A stretch of DNA of 64,000 bases, from the NCBI GenBank assembly GCA_003225535.1, contig QIAL01000213.1, forward strand, positions 1,111 through 65,110, in the 5' to 3' direction. The stretch comes from Acidobacteriota bacterium. Lineage in GTDB: Bacteria > Acidobacteriota > Terriglobia > Terriglobales > Acidobacteriaceae. Below are positions 18,635 to 28,247 of the stretch, one piece after another. Below the pieces are notes generated by a model, which did not search any database, was not told the DNA's origin, and was given only the letters and a program-made list of their open reading frames with translations. Within the stretch, counting starts at the first letter, position 1. Each line of letters opens with the position of its first letter. The position numbers and the translations under genes were made by a program.

Positions 18635-19831
18635 TCATGCGACGGCCTGCAGCAACCCAAGAAGCGCACCAGTGTGCCGTGCGATCATGAGTTCCTCGTT
18701 GGTTGGAATCACCCAAGTGGAGACTTTGCTTTGTAGGGTCGAGATACGGGAACGATTGTTAGAGTTTGCTTGGGTATCCAGTTCGATTCCCAGCCACGAT
18801 GAAGCATCACAGATTCGCTTGCGGATCTCGGGAGAGTTCTCTCCAATGCCGGCCGTGAACACCAGGCCATCGACTCCAGCCAATACTGCGGCGAGAGAGC
18901 CAATTTCCTTTGCTGCCCGGTAGACGAAGTACTGTATCGCCAGCTTGGCATCCGGTTCGCCGGCCGGAAGTAAGTCTCTCATGTCATTGCTGATGCCGGA
19001 GATCGCGAGCAGACCGGATTTCTTGTACAAGATGGTTTCGATTTCCTTCGCCGACAACCCCAGCCCTTGATACAAATACAGAACTACGCCGGGATCCAGC
19101 GCGCCTGGTCGGGTGCCCATGCAGAGTCCATCGAGCGCAGTGAAGCCGAGAGTGCTGTCTATGCTTACCCCGTTTTTCAGGGCACACAAGCTGGCGCCAC
19201 TGCCTAGGTGTGCCACGATGACGCGTTTCCCCGCGATTTCCGGGGCTAGGCCAGGCAGAACCGAAGCTATGTATTCGTAGGACAGGCCGTGGAAGCCGTA
19301 TCGCTGTACGCCTGCCGTTCGAAGATCTTTTGGTAGCGGTATCAGCTTGGCAACAGACGGATAGGTCTGATGAAAGCTGGTGTCGAAGCAAGCAACTTGT
19401 GGGACATCAGGCATCCGCTCGCGGATTCTTTCGATGGCCGCAAGGTTGTAGGGCTGATGGAGTGGGGCAAGAGGAATGAGTTGGTAAAGGTCTACTAGCA
19501 CCTCTCTCGTAATCAGTACTGGCCGATCAAATTTCGCTCCCCCATGCACCACACGGTGACCGACACCTAAGACGCGGGCGTCGCCGTATCTGGAACGAAG
19601 CCAAGATCCTAGTGCGTCGACTGCGGCTCGCCCGTCGCAAACCGTGTCATCTAAGCTCGAGTGCGAAAGAATTCCGCCGAGACTGTCACGTGCCGAGAGT
19701 CGCGGTGAAGTCCCGATGCCATCAATTTGCCCCCGAGATTCCAGTTGCCACGCTCCCTGGTATGGACGCATGAATACGCAGAATTTCAAGCTTGATGATC
19801 CTGAGTTGAGAACAAGCGCGTAGTCATCCAT
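18635..19831 (-). CDS. ackA: acetate kinase
   Basis: 398-aa ORF with the N-terminal LVLNSGSSSLKF motif and acetate/propionate kinase blocks (HRVVHGG, GFHGLSY). Confidence 0.93.
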   Translation of the reverse strand: MDDYALVLNSGSSSLKFCVFMRPYQGAWQLESRGQIDGIGTSPRLSARDSLGGILSHSSLDDTVCDGRAAVDALGSWLRSRYGDARVLGVGHRVVHGGAKFDRPVLITREVLVDLYQLIPLAPLHQPYNLAAIERIRERMPDVPQVACFDTSFHQTYPSVAKLIPLPKDLRTAGVQRYGFHGLSYEYIASVLPGLAPEIAGKRVIVAHLGSGASLCALKNGVSIDSTLGFTALDGLCMGTRPGALDPGVVLYLYQGLGLSAKEIETILYKKSGLLAISGISNDMRDLLPAGEPDAKLAIQYFVYRAAKEIGSLAAVLAGVDGLVFTAGIGENSPEIRKRICDASSWLGIELDTQANSNNRSRISTLQSKVSTWVIPTNEELMIARHTGALLGLLQAVA

Positions 19832-20786
19832 GGATGCTCACTCCTTTCTTTCTGCGAGCGTGTGCTGCGAGCATGGCCACTGCGCAACTGGCAATTCGGG
19901 AACGAACGCTGTCGGCTCGGCTCGTGAGAATGATTGGTACTTTGGCGCCCAGGACTAGGCCAGCGCTGTCAGCATTGGCCAGGAAGGTGAGTTGCTTGGC
20001 AAGAATGTTTCCTGCTTCAAGATCCGGGGCCAGCAGTATGTCCGGATTTCCGGCGACCTCGGAGACAATGCCTTTGGTCTTCGCAGCTTGCTTGCTGATG
20101 GCATTGTCAAATGCCAACGGCCCCTCCAGGTGAGCCCCCTTAACCTGTCCGCGTTCGGCCATCTTGCAAAGGGCTGCAGCATCGATTGTGGCGGGCATCT
20201 TCGACGTCACTGTTTCCACAGCTGCGAGGATGGCGACATTTGGCCACTCGAGACCCAGTGATTCCGCTAGATCAATCGCGTTCTGGCAGATATCGACTTT
20301 GTCTTCTAACGTGGGAGCAATATTGATCGCGCCATCAGTTACGATAAGCACTTTGTGATAGGTAGGAACATCCATCACGAATGCGTGGCTGATCCGGCGC
20401 GCCGTGCGCAGGCCTCCATCTCGAGACACTACGGCACCCATCAACTCGTCGGTATGCAAGCTTCCTTTCATCAGGAGTTCCGCTTTTGCCTCGCGTAGCA
20501 GTTCAACTGCTTTGGCGGCTGAGGCGTGACTATGCGGAGCGTCCACAATTTGAATGTTGCGAAGATCAATCTCTGCCGATTCCGCGATGGCGAGGATCTT
20601 TGGGCGTGGACCGACAAGGATCGGGACGATAAGGCCTTTTTTCCCCGCCTCCACTGCTCCAGATAATGAAGTCTCGTCGCAAGGATGCGCTACTGCCGTG
20701 GGAATGGGCTCAAGGCTTGAGCACCTCATCAGCAGTTGCTCATATTTGCCAGTTCCGGTTTCAGTTTCTTGCATCAGGCTGATCAC
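19824..20786 (-). CDS. pta: phosphate acetyltransferase / PTA_PTB-family phosphotransacylase (short form)
   Basis: 320-aa ORF with PTA_PTB-family blocks (LLMKGSLHTDELM, VTDGAINIAPTLEDK, GPLAFDNA, DLEAGNILAK). It overlaps ackA by 8 nt. Confidence 0.85.
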   Translation of the reverse strand: MISLMQETETGTGKYEQLLMRCSSLEPIPTAVAHPCDETSLSGAVEAGKKGLIVPILVGPRPKILAIAESAEIDLRNIQIVDAPHSHASAAKAVELLREAKAELLMKGSLHTDELMGAVVSRDGGLRTARRISHAFVMDVPTYHKVLIVTDGAINIAPTLEDKVDICQNAIDLAESLGLEWPNVAILAAVETVTSKMPATIDAAALCKMAERGQVKGAHLEGPLAFDNAISKQAAKTKGIVSEVAGNPDILLAPDLEAGNILAKQLTFLANADSAGLVLGAKVPIILTSRADSVRSRIASCAVAMLAAHARRKKGVSIHG

Positions 20787-20788
20787 TG

Positions 20789-22111
20789 TTATGCCTCCCG
20801 GTTAAGTGCTGATAGCGGAAAACGAGCTGCCGTGCCCGTCTCCTTGAGTAAGAAAGTTAGTGCGATAGCGATTGCGACGCCGAATAGAAGAGGTGCGAAT
20901 GCCATCTGGTAGTGCTCCAGTTGCATGGCACCGGATCCGCCCGACAAGTACTGCAGCAGCCATGCGAAAACCGGACCCAGCAGTGCACTGAATGTGAAGT
21001 TCAGGAAGTTGATGACGCCTGTGGCGATCCCGCCGAACTGTGGAGGATTAGCTTCTTTAATGACGGTATACGGGAGCATAGCTGCACCCGAGGCTATTCC
21101 GGCGACAAGGCCGAGGACGTAAGGAGGGAACGCATCCGTGCGGCCGAAGAGAATCAAGGCCAAGCAAGCCAACAACAGAGTCGCAGCACCAATGATGACC
21201 GGCTTGCGCCGTCCAAGCCGATCGGAGATGAAACCTAGTAGTGGACAACCGATAATCCACCCCAGCGGAACCATGGCAGTACGGAGAACCGCTGAAGCGT
21301 AGTCGAAACCATGTGCGTCCTGCAGGTAACGCACGCCCCAAACCATGTCGAAGATCGTTGTGGGAATGAAGATCAGCCCCGCAATCAATCCACACAAAAT
21401 GGATTGAGGGTTCTTGAACACAACGTAGAATCCTTTTGTGACGGACCGTTCCGGATCGGGTTTCTCTGGCTTTTGTTCTTTTGGTAATAGGAGGAAGAGC
21501 AGGCCGGAGATCAGCAATATTAAAATACCCAGTCCTGCCCAACACATGTTCCAAGGCAGGCCCTTGGCGATCAGCGGACCGACAACAAACTGTCCGGCCG
21601 CTCCGCCGGCCATGCCAAACATCTGTGTCGCTCCGATCAGTGTGGCAGCCTGCGAGGGAGGAAAGTATTTTGAGGCGATGTAGATCGCTCCAACGAGCGC
21701 GAAAACTCCCCCTGCGCCCTGCAGCAATCTTCCCACGCTGCCTGCGGTGCTGTTGCCGGTGGCGAACAGCAAGGCGCCCACGCCGGTTACTGCCGCGGCG
21801 ATGGGCACGACCTTGCGGGGCCCTAGCCGGTCCATGCCTGCCCCCGCGATGAGGCTGAAAGGCGAATAGCCGTAATAAAAAAGACCGGCAATCGAGGCCA
21901 CGCTGACCATGTTGATCCCGAATGCGGTCGACAGCTGCGGCATCATCACGGATGGTGCGGAGCGCAGTACGTATTGGAGAAAGTAGTAAACGACGGCCAC
22001 GAGCCAGGCGATCGCAGCAATCTTTACGCTCGGTCGGGTCTCGCGCCCAGCCTCTTCACGCGCGACCACCACGGGCACACGATTACTAACGGCTTTCGGC
22101 TGTGATGCCAT
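20789..22111 (-). CDS. MFS transporter (substrate unknown)
   Basis: 440-aa ORF of about 12 TM helices with an MFS loop motif (GMDRLGPRKV / SDRLGRRKP). Confidence 0.85.
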   Translation of the reverse strand: MASQPKAVSNRVPVVVAREEAGRETRPSVKIAAIAWLVAVVYYFLQYVLRSAPSVMMPQLSTAFGINMVSVASIAGLFYYGYSPFSLIAGAGMDRLGPRKVVPIAAAVTGVGALLFATGNSTAGSVGRLLQGAGGVFALVGAIYIASKYFPPSQAATLIGATQMFGMAGGAAGQFVVGPLIAKGLPWNMCWAGLGILILLISGLLFLLLPKEQKPEKPDPERSVTKGFYVVFKNPQSILCGLIAGLIFIPTTIFDMVWGVRYLQDAHGFDYASAVLRTAMVPLGWIIGCPLLGFISDRLGRRKPVIIGAATLLLACLALILFGRTDAFPPYVLGLVAGIASGAAMLPYTVIKEANPPQFGGIATGVINFLNFTFSALLGPVFAWLLQYLSGGSGAMQLEHYQMAFAPLLFGVAIAIALTFLLKETGTAARFPLSALNREA

Positions 22112-22120
22112 GTTTCGTTC

Positions 22121-23746
22121 CTAGCAGAGCACCAGTGACACCGCTAAGCCGCCTTCGGAAGTTTCCTTGTACTTCGCGTTCATTTCCTTGGCTGTAAGAG
22201 CCATTGCGGAAATGGCAGTATCAAGATCAACTCGGCGCTCTTCCGGTATTTCTTCGCTGGCTATGCAATAGGCAGTCCACGCTTTGACTGCTCCATAGGC
22301 GCAGCGCTCGATACATGGGACCTGCACGTAACCAGCGACAGGGTCGCAAGTCATGCCGAGGTGATGTTCCAGTGCGGACTCGGCAGCGTTGGAGACAACC
22401 TTCGGACTGGCGCCCAGAGTCTGGGCCGCCATCGCTGCACCCATCGAAGATCCGACGCCGACCTCAGCTTGGCAGCCGCCCTCCGCCCCGGACAGGGTAG
22501 CGTTGTGTTTGCACAGGTACCCGATCGCAGCCGCCGCGAGAAAGCCTTCACGAATCTTTTGCTGCGGTGTGTTGAGGTCGTTTAGCGACTTGACGATCGC
22601 TGGGATGATTCCTGCCGAACCCGCTGTGGGTGCGGTTACGATGATGTGGCCTCGGGCATTTTCCTCGCCCATCGCAAAGCCGTAAGAGGCGATCCGCGTG
22701 ACGGCTCGGCCCGCCTCCCCTTTAGAGGATGTTTTCAAGTTGCGCTGCATGGCTGCCGCCTTGCTGTGCAACTTAATAGGTCCCGGTAAAACACTATCCA
22801 CCGTCAATCCTGTGTTCACGCCACGCAGCATGACTTCGGAGACCTGATCCAGAAATTCCCAAATATCTTTCTCGCTCTTGCCGGAAATCGCCATCTCATT
22901 CGCGAGGAGCAGTTTTGGCAGAGGGATCTTGTCGTCGATGAGATACTTCTTCAGTTCCCTGGCATGCTCGTAGGGGTACTTCGGCTGTCCTTTGTCTGGA
23001 GGCTTGTATCCCTTCCACTCGATAAACCCGCCGCCAACCGAGTAGTACTCCAACTCATAGAGTGTTTCGTCTCCGGCCAGGAGCTTCGCCGTCATCGTGT
23101 TCGGATGGTGGAACTCTCCCTTGGTGGCGTCAAAGATGATGTCTTTCAGTGTCAGATTGAGGGTTGACGGACCGATGGTAACTTTATGTGCTTCATCCGG
23201 ATTTGCCGCCAGTGAGTCGAGAAATTCTGGTGGGCACGTCGCGGGAGCCTTGCCCAACAGGCCCGCCAGAGATGCTCTGTCGGTCCCATGACCTTTTCCG
23301 GTTGCGCTGAGACTTCCGTACAGGTGCACTTTGAGTGCCGTGGCTCGCTTGAGCTGGTCATCCGGGAGCTTCGAAACTTTCTGGAAGAAATCGTAGGTGA
23401 TTCTCATCGGCCCCATCGTGTGGGAACTCGACGGCCCCGGTCCCATCTTGTAGAACTCCTCGAGAGTGGTCATCACAGGGCCCTTCGACGATTGGACCAC
23501 ATTGAGCTCCGGAGAAAGGGCGGGCGGTAGAGGGGCAGCGGCTGCCTCTGCGGGCTCCTGTTTGGAGCAACCTGCAAGCACTGCCGCTGCAGAAGCGGCA
23601 AGGGCAGTGTATCCGAATTGGCGACGGCTAAGAACCGCGGGTGCTTCGAGTTTCGGAGCGGCTGGGCTGCAGGTTCCGCATCCGCCCGTACTGCAACTAC
23701 CACACGCTCCTTCGGACTTACCGATTATGTTCAATAACTTATCCAT
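22121..23746 (-). CDS. sdaA: L-serine ammonia-lyase (Fe-S dependent, single chain) with 91-aa N-terminal extension
   Basis: The core from M92 (MTTLEEFYKMGPGPSSSHTMGPMRI...) matches canonical SdaA. The ORF starts at the ATG at 23746, preceded by AAAGGAGAAGGGCG. The extension carries CX2CX4CX2C, SRRQF and LAGC. Confidence 0.9.
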   Translation of the reverse strand: MDKLLNIIGKSEGACGSCSTGGCGTCSPAAPKLEAPAVLSRRQFGYTALAASAAAVLAGCSKQEPAEAAAAPLPPALSPELNVVQSSKGPVMTTLEEFYKMGPGPSSSHTMGPMRITYDFFQKVSKLPDDQLKRATALKVHLYGSLSATGKGHGTDRASLAGLLGKAPATCPPEFLDSLAANPDEAHKVTIGPSTLNLTLKDIIFDATKGEFHHPNTMTAKLLAGDETLYELEYYSVGGGFIEWKGYKPPDKGQPKYPYEHARELKKYLIDDKIPLPKLLLANEMAISGKSEKDIWEFLDQVSEVMLRGVNTGLTVDSVLPGPIKLHSKAAAMQRNLKTSSKGEAGRAVTRIASYGFAMGEENARGHIIVTAPTAGSAGIIPAIVKSLNDLNTPQQKIREGFLAAAAIGYLCKHNATLSGAEGGCQAEVGVGSSMGAAMAAQTLGASPKVVSNAAESALEHHLGMTCDPVAGYVQVPCIERCAYGAVKAWTAYCIASEEIPEERRVDLDTAISAMALTAKEMNAKYKETSEGGLAVSLVLC

Positions 23747-23987
23747 CGCCCTTCTCCTTTTCCAGGACTGCTATGTCTTTCAGTCCGGATTGGTTGTCTG
23801 CCCTCCCGCCTTCAGAAATAAAGGCAGGCTCATGCCCGTGACCTTCACGTGGGGGAGTGTCGAATACCGCGTGGCTGGTGAGAACTGTCATTTGTGTCAG
23901 GAGTAGAGTGTTTAGGGCAGGTTAAGAGCTGAATGCGAGTGCTTACCAGCAGCAGGAATCGCGCCTTACCGGCAAATGCCGGGCATT

Positions 23988-25391
23988 TCAGAATGTGAAT
24001 CCCTTCTTCCAGTCGTATTTGAACGAGAACTGAAGGCGAGAATCATTCACGTTGAATCCGTCACTAAAATTGACGCGCCTGCCGTAGATGAATTCTCCAC
24101 CTACCATCACGCTCGGGACCGGGTGGTAGAGAAGATTTGTGAGTGCGTAATGACCCTGGTGATAATCGCTCGCAGTCTCGGCGTTAGAGTTCGAGATGTT
24201 CACGAGCGAATATCCAATCGAACTGCTGAAGTGGCTATTCCAGTTGTGGTCGAGGAATGTAACGACGCCCAAGACCGGCAGGGGGACACCTACGATCGGC
24301 TTGTTCGGATTGGACAGATTGTTCTTCACGCCAACATCGATCGGGGCATCGTTCATGTAGTTCTCAACGCCATCACCGTAGACCACTGCAAAACGTCCGA
24401 CATCCTTCTTGGTAAAGTTGATATTTGAAGTCACATTGATGCCCCATCCGAGAGCATCGCCGCCGAGATCGACCGGTGGGTTAGGAGCGGTATTAACCCA
24501 TGAAATCTTTCGAAATATTCCGGCGACTTGCACGTGTCCCCAAGGGCGCATCACACGGACTTGCCAGGAAAAATCAGGCATGTCGAACTTGGGTTTGACT
24601 CCCTGCAACTCTACGCGGTCGGCATAGATGCCACCGTCGGCGCTGGCACCCGGCCGCTCCGCGGCGAAGATGAGGCGCAAGCGGTCATTCTGGATCGGAG
24701 CCCATCGGGCCTGCACATTTCGGAAGAAGACCATTCCGTTTGGTCCCCAATACTCGACAGAGTTGGGGAACACATCAATGTCCATGAACGGGCTCCAAGT
24801 TTGGCCGGCGCCAAAATGCCCTAACTCACCGTAGGCATGACGCAAGCGGAACGTTGTCTGTCCCTGGTCGACTCCGGTTCCGAACAGTTCGAATTCGAAG
24901 ATGGTGTTGAGATTACCCAGGCTTGTTGGAGTCGAGGTCTTCACTCCAAACCGCGTCTGACGGACGCTGAAGTAAGCCTTCCCGTCCGGCGCAAATTGGC
25001 CCTTGAACGATGCCAGTTTGGTCGGCCGCATCACATCGAACCAATTCGGATCGCTCTGCCCGAATTCATAGCCGGAATCCATCATGACGTGACCGTAGAG
25101 ATCGATACTGCTCTTTTTCTCCTCCCTCGGTGCCGCGGGTGTCTCCTGCGCCTCTTCAGTCGCCCTAACGATGACGGTGGTCTTGGGAGCGGCGGGTGCG
25201 GGGGCCTGTTGGACGTTGTTTATCTGTGCCTTGAGTTCTTGCATCTCCTGCTCTAATTGCTGGAGCTTGGCTTTCATCTGCTGCAGGTCCTGGTCCTGGG
25301 ACTGACCTTGTGCCCAAGTGACAAGAAAGAAGATCGCGACCAAGATTGCGCACACAGTTCTAATGCTATGAATATAGGAATTCGATTTCAT
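23988..25391 (-). CDS. outer-membrane porin with N-terminal coiled coil (DcaP/BBP2-like)
   Basis: The ORF track gives 23988..25499. I prefer the ATG at 25391 (MKSNSYIHSIRTVCAILVAIFFLVTWAQG = signal peptide). This is followed by a coiled coil (QDLQQMKAKLQQLEQEMQELKAQINNVQ) and a long beta-strand-pattern region ending ...KYDWKKGFTF. Confidence 0.75.
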   Translation of the reverse strand: MKSNSYIHSIRTVCAILVAIFFLVTWAQGQSQDQDLQQMKAKLQQLEQEMQELKAQINNVQQAPAPAAPKTTVIVRATEEAQETPAAPREEKKSSIDLYGHVMMDSGYEFGQSDPNWFDVMRPTKLASFKGQFAPDGKAYFSVRQTRFGVKTSTPTSLGNLNTIFEFELFGTGVDQGQTTFRLRHAYGELGHFGAGQTWSPFMDIDVFPNSVEYWGPNGMVFFRNVQARWAPIQNDRLRLIFAAERPGASADGGIYADRVELQGVKPKFDMPDFSWQVRVMRPWGHVQVAGIFRKISWVNTAPNPPVDLGGDALGWGINVTSNINFTKKDVGRFAVVYGDGVENYMNDAPIDVGVKNNLSNPNKPIVGVPLPVLGVVTFLDHNWNSHFSSSIGYSLVNISNSNAETASDYHQGHYALTNLLYHPVPSVMVGGEFIYGRRVNFSDGFNVNDSRLQFSFKYDWKKGFTF

Positions 25392-25853
25392 GCGAGCCTC
25401 TGCAAGAAAAATTCTCAGACCGACGCTGGATCGGAAACTGGCATTTGTGCCAGTGAGAGCGTCCAGCCTGGTCCAATGAATTCGGATTGAATGCGACAAT
25501 CCGACACCGGAGGCTTCTTCCGGGCAGGCTTTCCATTGCTAGTCAAACGGCAACTTAGTGACTGTGCGATTTGTTCGCATCAGGCCCAGATCGGTACACG
25601 ACAACGAATGGGGCGACATTCTCAATTGCCACCTTTCCTAAAGCAGCGATCTTGATTGCCTATTGCTGCTTTTGGGCCGCCCAATGTTCGCCAATCGAAA
25701 GGATGGCGTGGTGATGATTGAGGTCGTAGTGTTGTGGCCACTGGTAGAACCGAAGCCACCGCACAAATCCGACTGTTGCCAGCTGTAATCTCTGCCAGTA
25801 CTGGAGACGGCGTATGCCTTCTACGATCGTGGATGTTGACTGAGTCGCTCGGG

Positions 25854-28247
25854 ATGCGAACCGACTTTCGGCTTACCTCAATTTCGATAATTATCCTGGC
25901 CGTGTATTGTCCCGCGTCCGCGCTGCCGCCGCAGGATTCTCTACCCGATGCTCCCTCATACACTCGCGGAATGCAGGATGCAAAGTCAGCGCCGAGCAGG
26001 GCTATTCAGAATGAAAAGAAGGCGCCCGACGCTCCTTGGCCGCGTGAACTTGATCGCGGCGATGAAAAGATCTTCATGTACCAACCGCAGCTCGAGAGCT
26101 GGAAAGATGATGAGATTCGCGCTTATGCGGCGCTCTCTGTCGTAAAGGGCAAAGATAAAGACAAAGCAACAAAGTACGGTGTGGTCTGGTTTACCGCAAA
26201 GACTGAGGTCGACAAGGTGAACCGTCAAGTCACTCTAGATGATTTCCAGATCACCAGGCTGCAGTTTCCTACCATGAAGGAGCGAGAGAATGAGTTTAGA
26301 TCGCTACTTCAGGCCAAGCTTCCCGGAAAGACCAGAGTCGTTGCACTTGATCGATTACAAGCTGCGTTGATTGCCAACCAATCGGTGGACTCTCCTATCA
26401 GGGCTCTTCCAGTTAACAATGATCCTCCTGAGCTCATCTTCTCGACAAAACCTGCAGTACTTGTCCTGATCGATGGCCCGCCCAAGTTCCGCGACGTGGG
26501 AGGAACCCGCCTACAGTTGGTTCTGAACACTAAGTCAACCATTCTCCTGGACAACGAGGGCAGCAAATACTTCCTGAATGTACTCGACGGATGGATGGAG
26601 GCGGCAAGTTTAGAAGCTACTTGGTCGTTCGCATCCAAGATACCGGCAGACATGAAGGAAATCACGAAGGGCATTCAGGAGCGACAGAAGGCTCGAGCGC
26701 CGGAAGGAACCACGCCGCCTTCGCTGAAGCAGGCGAACAAAGAAGGAAAGCTTCCTGCGATTTACGTCAGGATGGCACCGGCAGAACTATTGACCACCGA
26801 AGGTGCGCCTCAATTTGAGCCGTTGCCACAAGCAAATTTTGAATATGTTAAGAACACGAGCGCTAACGTCTTTCGCGATCCCGCGAATTCAGAGTTTTAC
26901 GTCCTTGTATCGGGACGCTGGTTCAAGTCGGAATCCTTAGCGAACGGATCATGGGTGTTTGTAGACGGTAAAAGCTTGCCGGCCGGCTTCTCCAACATAC
27001 CTGAAAGCAGTCCCAAAGCGGGCGTTCTGGCATCCATACCAGGCACAGCGCCGGCCAAAGAAGCCCTGATCGCGAACTCCATACCCCAAACCGCCACAAT
27101 CACCCGCGTGGAAGCTCAACTGGATGTCAAATACGACGGAGATCCTCAGTTCAAGAGCATTACCGGTACAGAGTTGCAATATGCTGTGAATACCGCGACT
27201 CCAGTCATCAGGGTTGATGAGAAGAATTACTACTCACTCGAAAACGCGGTGTGGTTTCGAGCAACAGCCCCGCTTGGACCGTGGGAGGTCGCAACATCCG
27301 TTCCCGAATCAATTTACTCCATACCAACCGATGCACCATTGCATTTCGTCACGTATGTAAAGGTGTACCGTTCTACGCCGGAGGTGGTTTACGTGGGCTA
27401 CACTCCGGGCTACTACGGGAGCGTCGTTTCTTCCACAACCATGACGGTTGTCTATGGGACAGGCTTCTACTATCCGCCCTACATCGGATCCTACTGGTAT
27501 GGAGCACCCTATACGTACGGAGTGGGTGTTGCTTCCACTTGGAGTTCGGGAACGGGCTGGAGTCTCACGATCGGCGTGGGTTACAGCTACGGTTATGGAT
27601 ATCCTTATTATTACTACCCCTGGTGGGGACCCTGGGGTTACTACGGGTCTTGTTGTTGGGGGCCGGCCTGGGGGTATGGCTGGGGTGGATATGCCAGTAC
27701 CAATGTGTACGGACGCTGGGGAAACACGGCCTACGCCAACACACAAGCCGCATGGGCTAATCCCTACACCGGAAACTACGGAGCCGCAAGCAGAACGGCA
27801 TTTCAAAACACGCAGCGCGGCACAGTGGGAGTCGCTGGTCGAGGAAGTAATACGAATATCTATACTGGGAATACGGTCGCTGGGCGTGGTGCTGCCGCCT
27901 ATGATCCGAAAACGGGGATTGTGGCCGGTGCCGGCGCAGGATACGCCGGAAATATTTACAGCGGAGAAGGCGCGGCTGGACGTGGAGGGTTCGCCTACAA
28001 CACTAACACTGGCTCTGGAGTCGCAGTAGGTGGCAACAACGTCTATGCTGGAAAAGATGGGAGCGTGTACCGGTATAACCGCCAGAGCGGCAACTGGTCC
28101 CAGAATACGGGTAGTGGATGGGAGTCAACAAACAGGCCTCAGGCTGATCTGAACCGTCAGCAACAAGCGCGCACTTCAGGCCAGATGCGCACCCAGAACT
28201 TCAGTGGTTCGATGGGCCGCGGCATGGGCGGGGGACGCAGAAGGTAA
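25854..28247 (+). CDS. large secreted protein with Gly/Tyr/Trp-rich low-complexity C-terminus
   Basis: The ORF track gives 25734..28247. A signal-peptide-like start is at 25854 (MRTDFRLTSISIIILAVYCPASA). The globular N-terminal roughly 520 aa belong to no family I recognise. The C-terminal roughly 280 aa are rich in Y/G/W/N (YGYGYPYYYYPWWGPWGYYGSCCWGPAWGYGWGGY...). Confidence 0.8.
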   Translation: MRTDFRLTSISIIILAVYCPASALPPQDSLPDAPSYTRGMQDAKSAPSRAIQNEKKAPDAPWPRELDRGDEKIFMYQPQLESWKDDEIRAYAALSVVKGKDKDKATKYGVVWFTAKTEVDKVNRQVTLDDFQITRLQFPTMKERENEFRSLLQAKLPGKTRVVALDRLQAALIANQSVDSPIRALPVNNDPPELIFSTKPAVLVLIDGPPKFRDVGGTRLQLVLNTKSTILLDNEGSKYFLNVLDGWMEAASLEATWSFASKIPADMKEITKGIQERQKARAPEGTTPPSLKQANKEGKLPAIYVRMAPAELLTTEGAPQFEPLPQANFEYVKNTSANVFRDPANSEFYVLVSGRWFKSESLANGSWVFVDGKSLPAGFSNIPESSPKAGVLASIPGTAPAKEALIANSIPQTATITRVEAQLDVKYDGDPQFKSITGTELQYAVNTATPVIRVDEKNYYSLENAVWFRATAPLGPWEVATSVPESIYSIPTDAPLHFVTYVKVYRSTPEVVYVGYTPGYYGSVVSSTTMTVVYGTGFYYPPYIGSYWYGAPYTYGVGVASTWSSGTGWSLTIGVGYSYGYGYPYYYYPWWGPWGYYGSCCWGPAWGYGWGGYASTNVYGRWGNTAYANTQAAWANPYTGNYGAASRTAFQNTQRGTVGVAGRGSNTNIYTGNTVAGRGAAAYDPKTGIVAGAGAGYAGNIYSGEGAAGRGGFAYNTNTGSGVAVGGNNVYAGKDGSVYRYNRQSGNWSQNTGSGWESTNRPQADLNRQQQARTSGQMRTQNFSGSMGRGMGGGRRR

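Noticed and set aside
23837-23849. CGTGA-CCT-TCACG inverted repeat about 90 nt upstream of sdaA, as a Crp/Fnr operator
   Set aside because: The half-sites are 5 nt with a 3-nt spacer. This does not fit TGTGA-N6-TCACA or TTGAT-N4-ATCAA. It is too short to distinguish from chance without comparative data.
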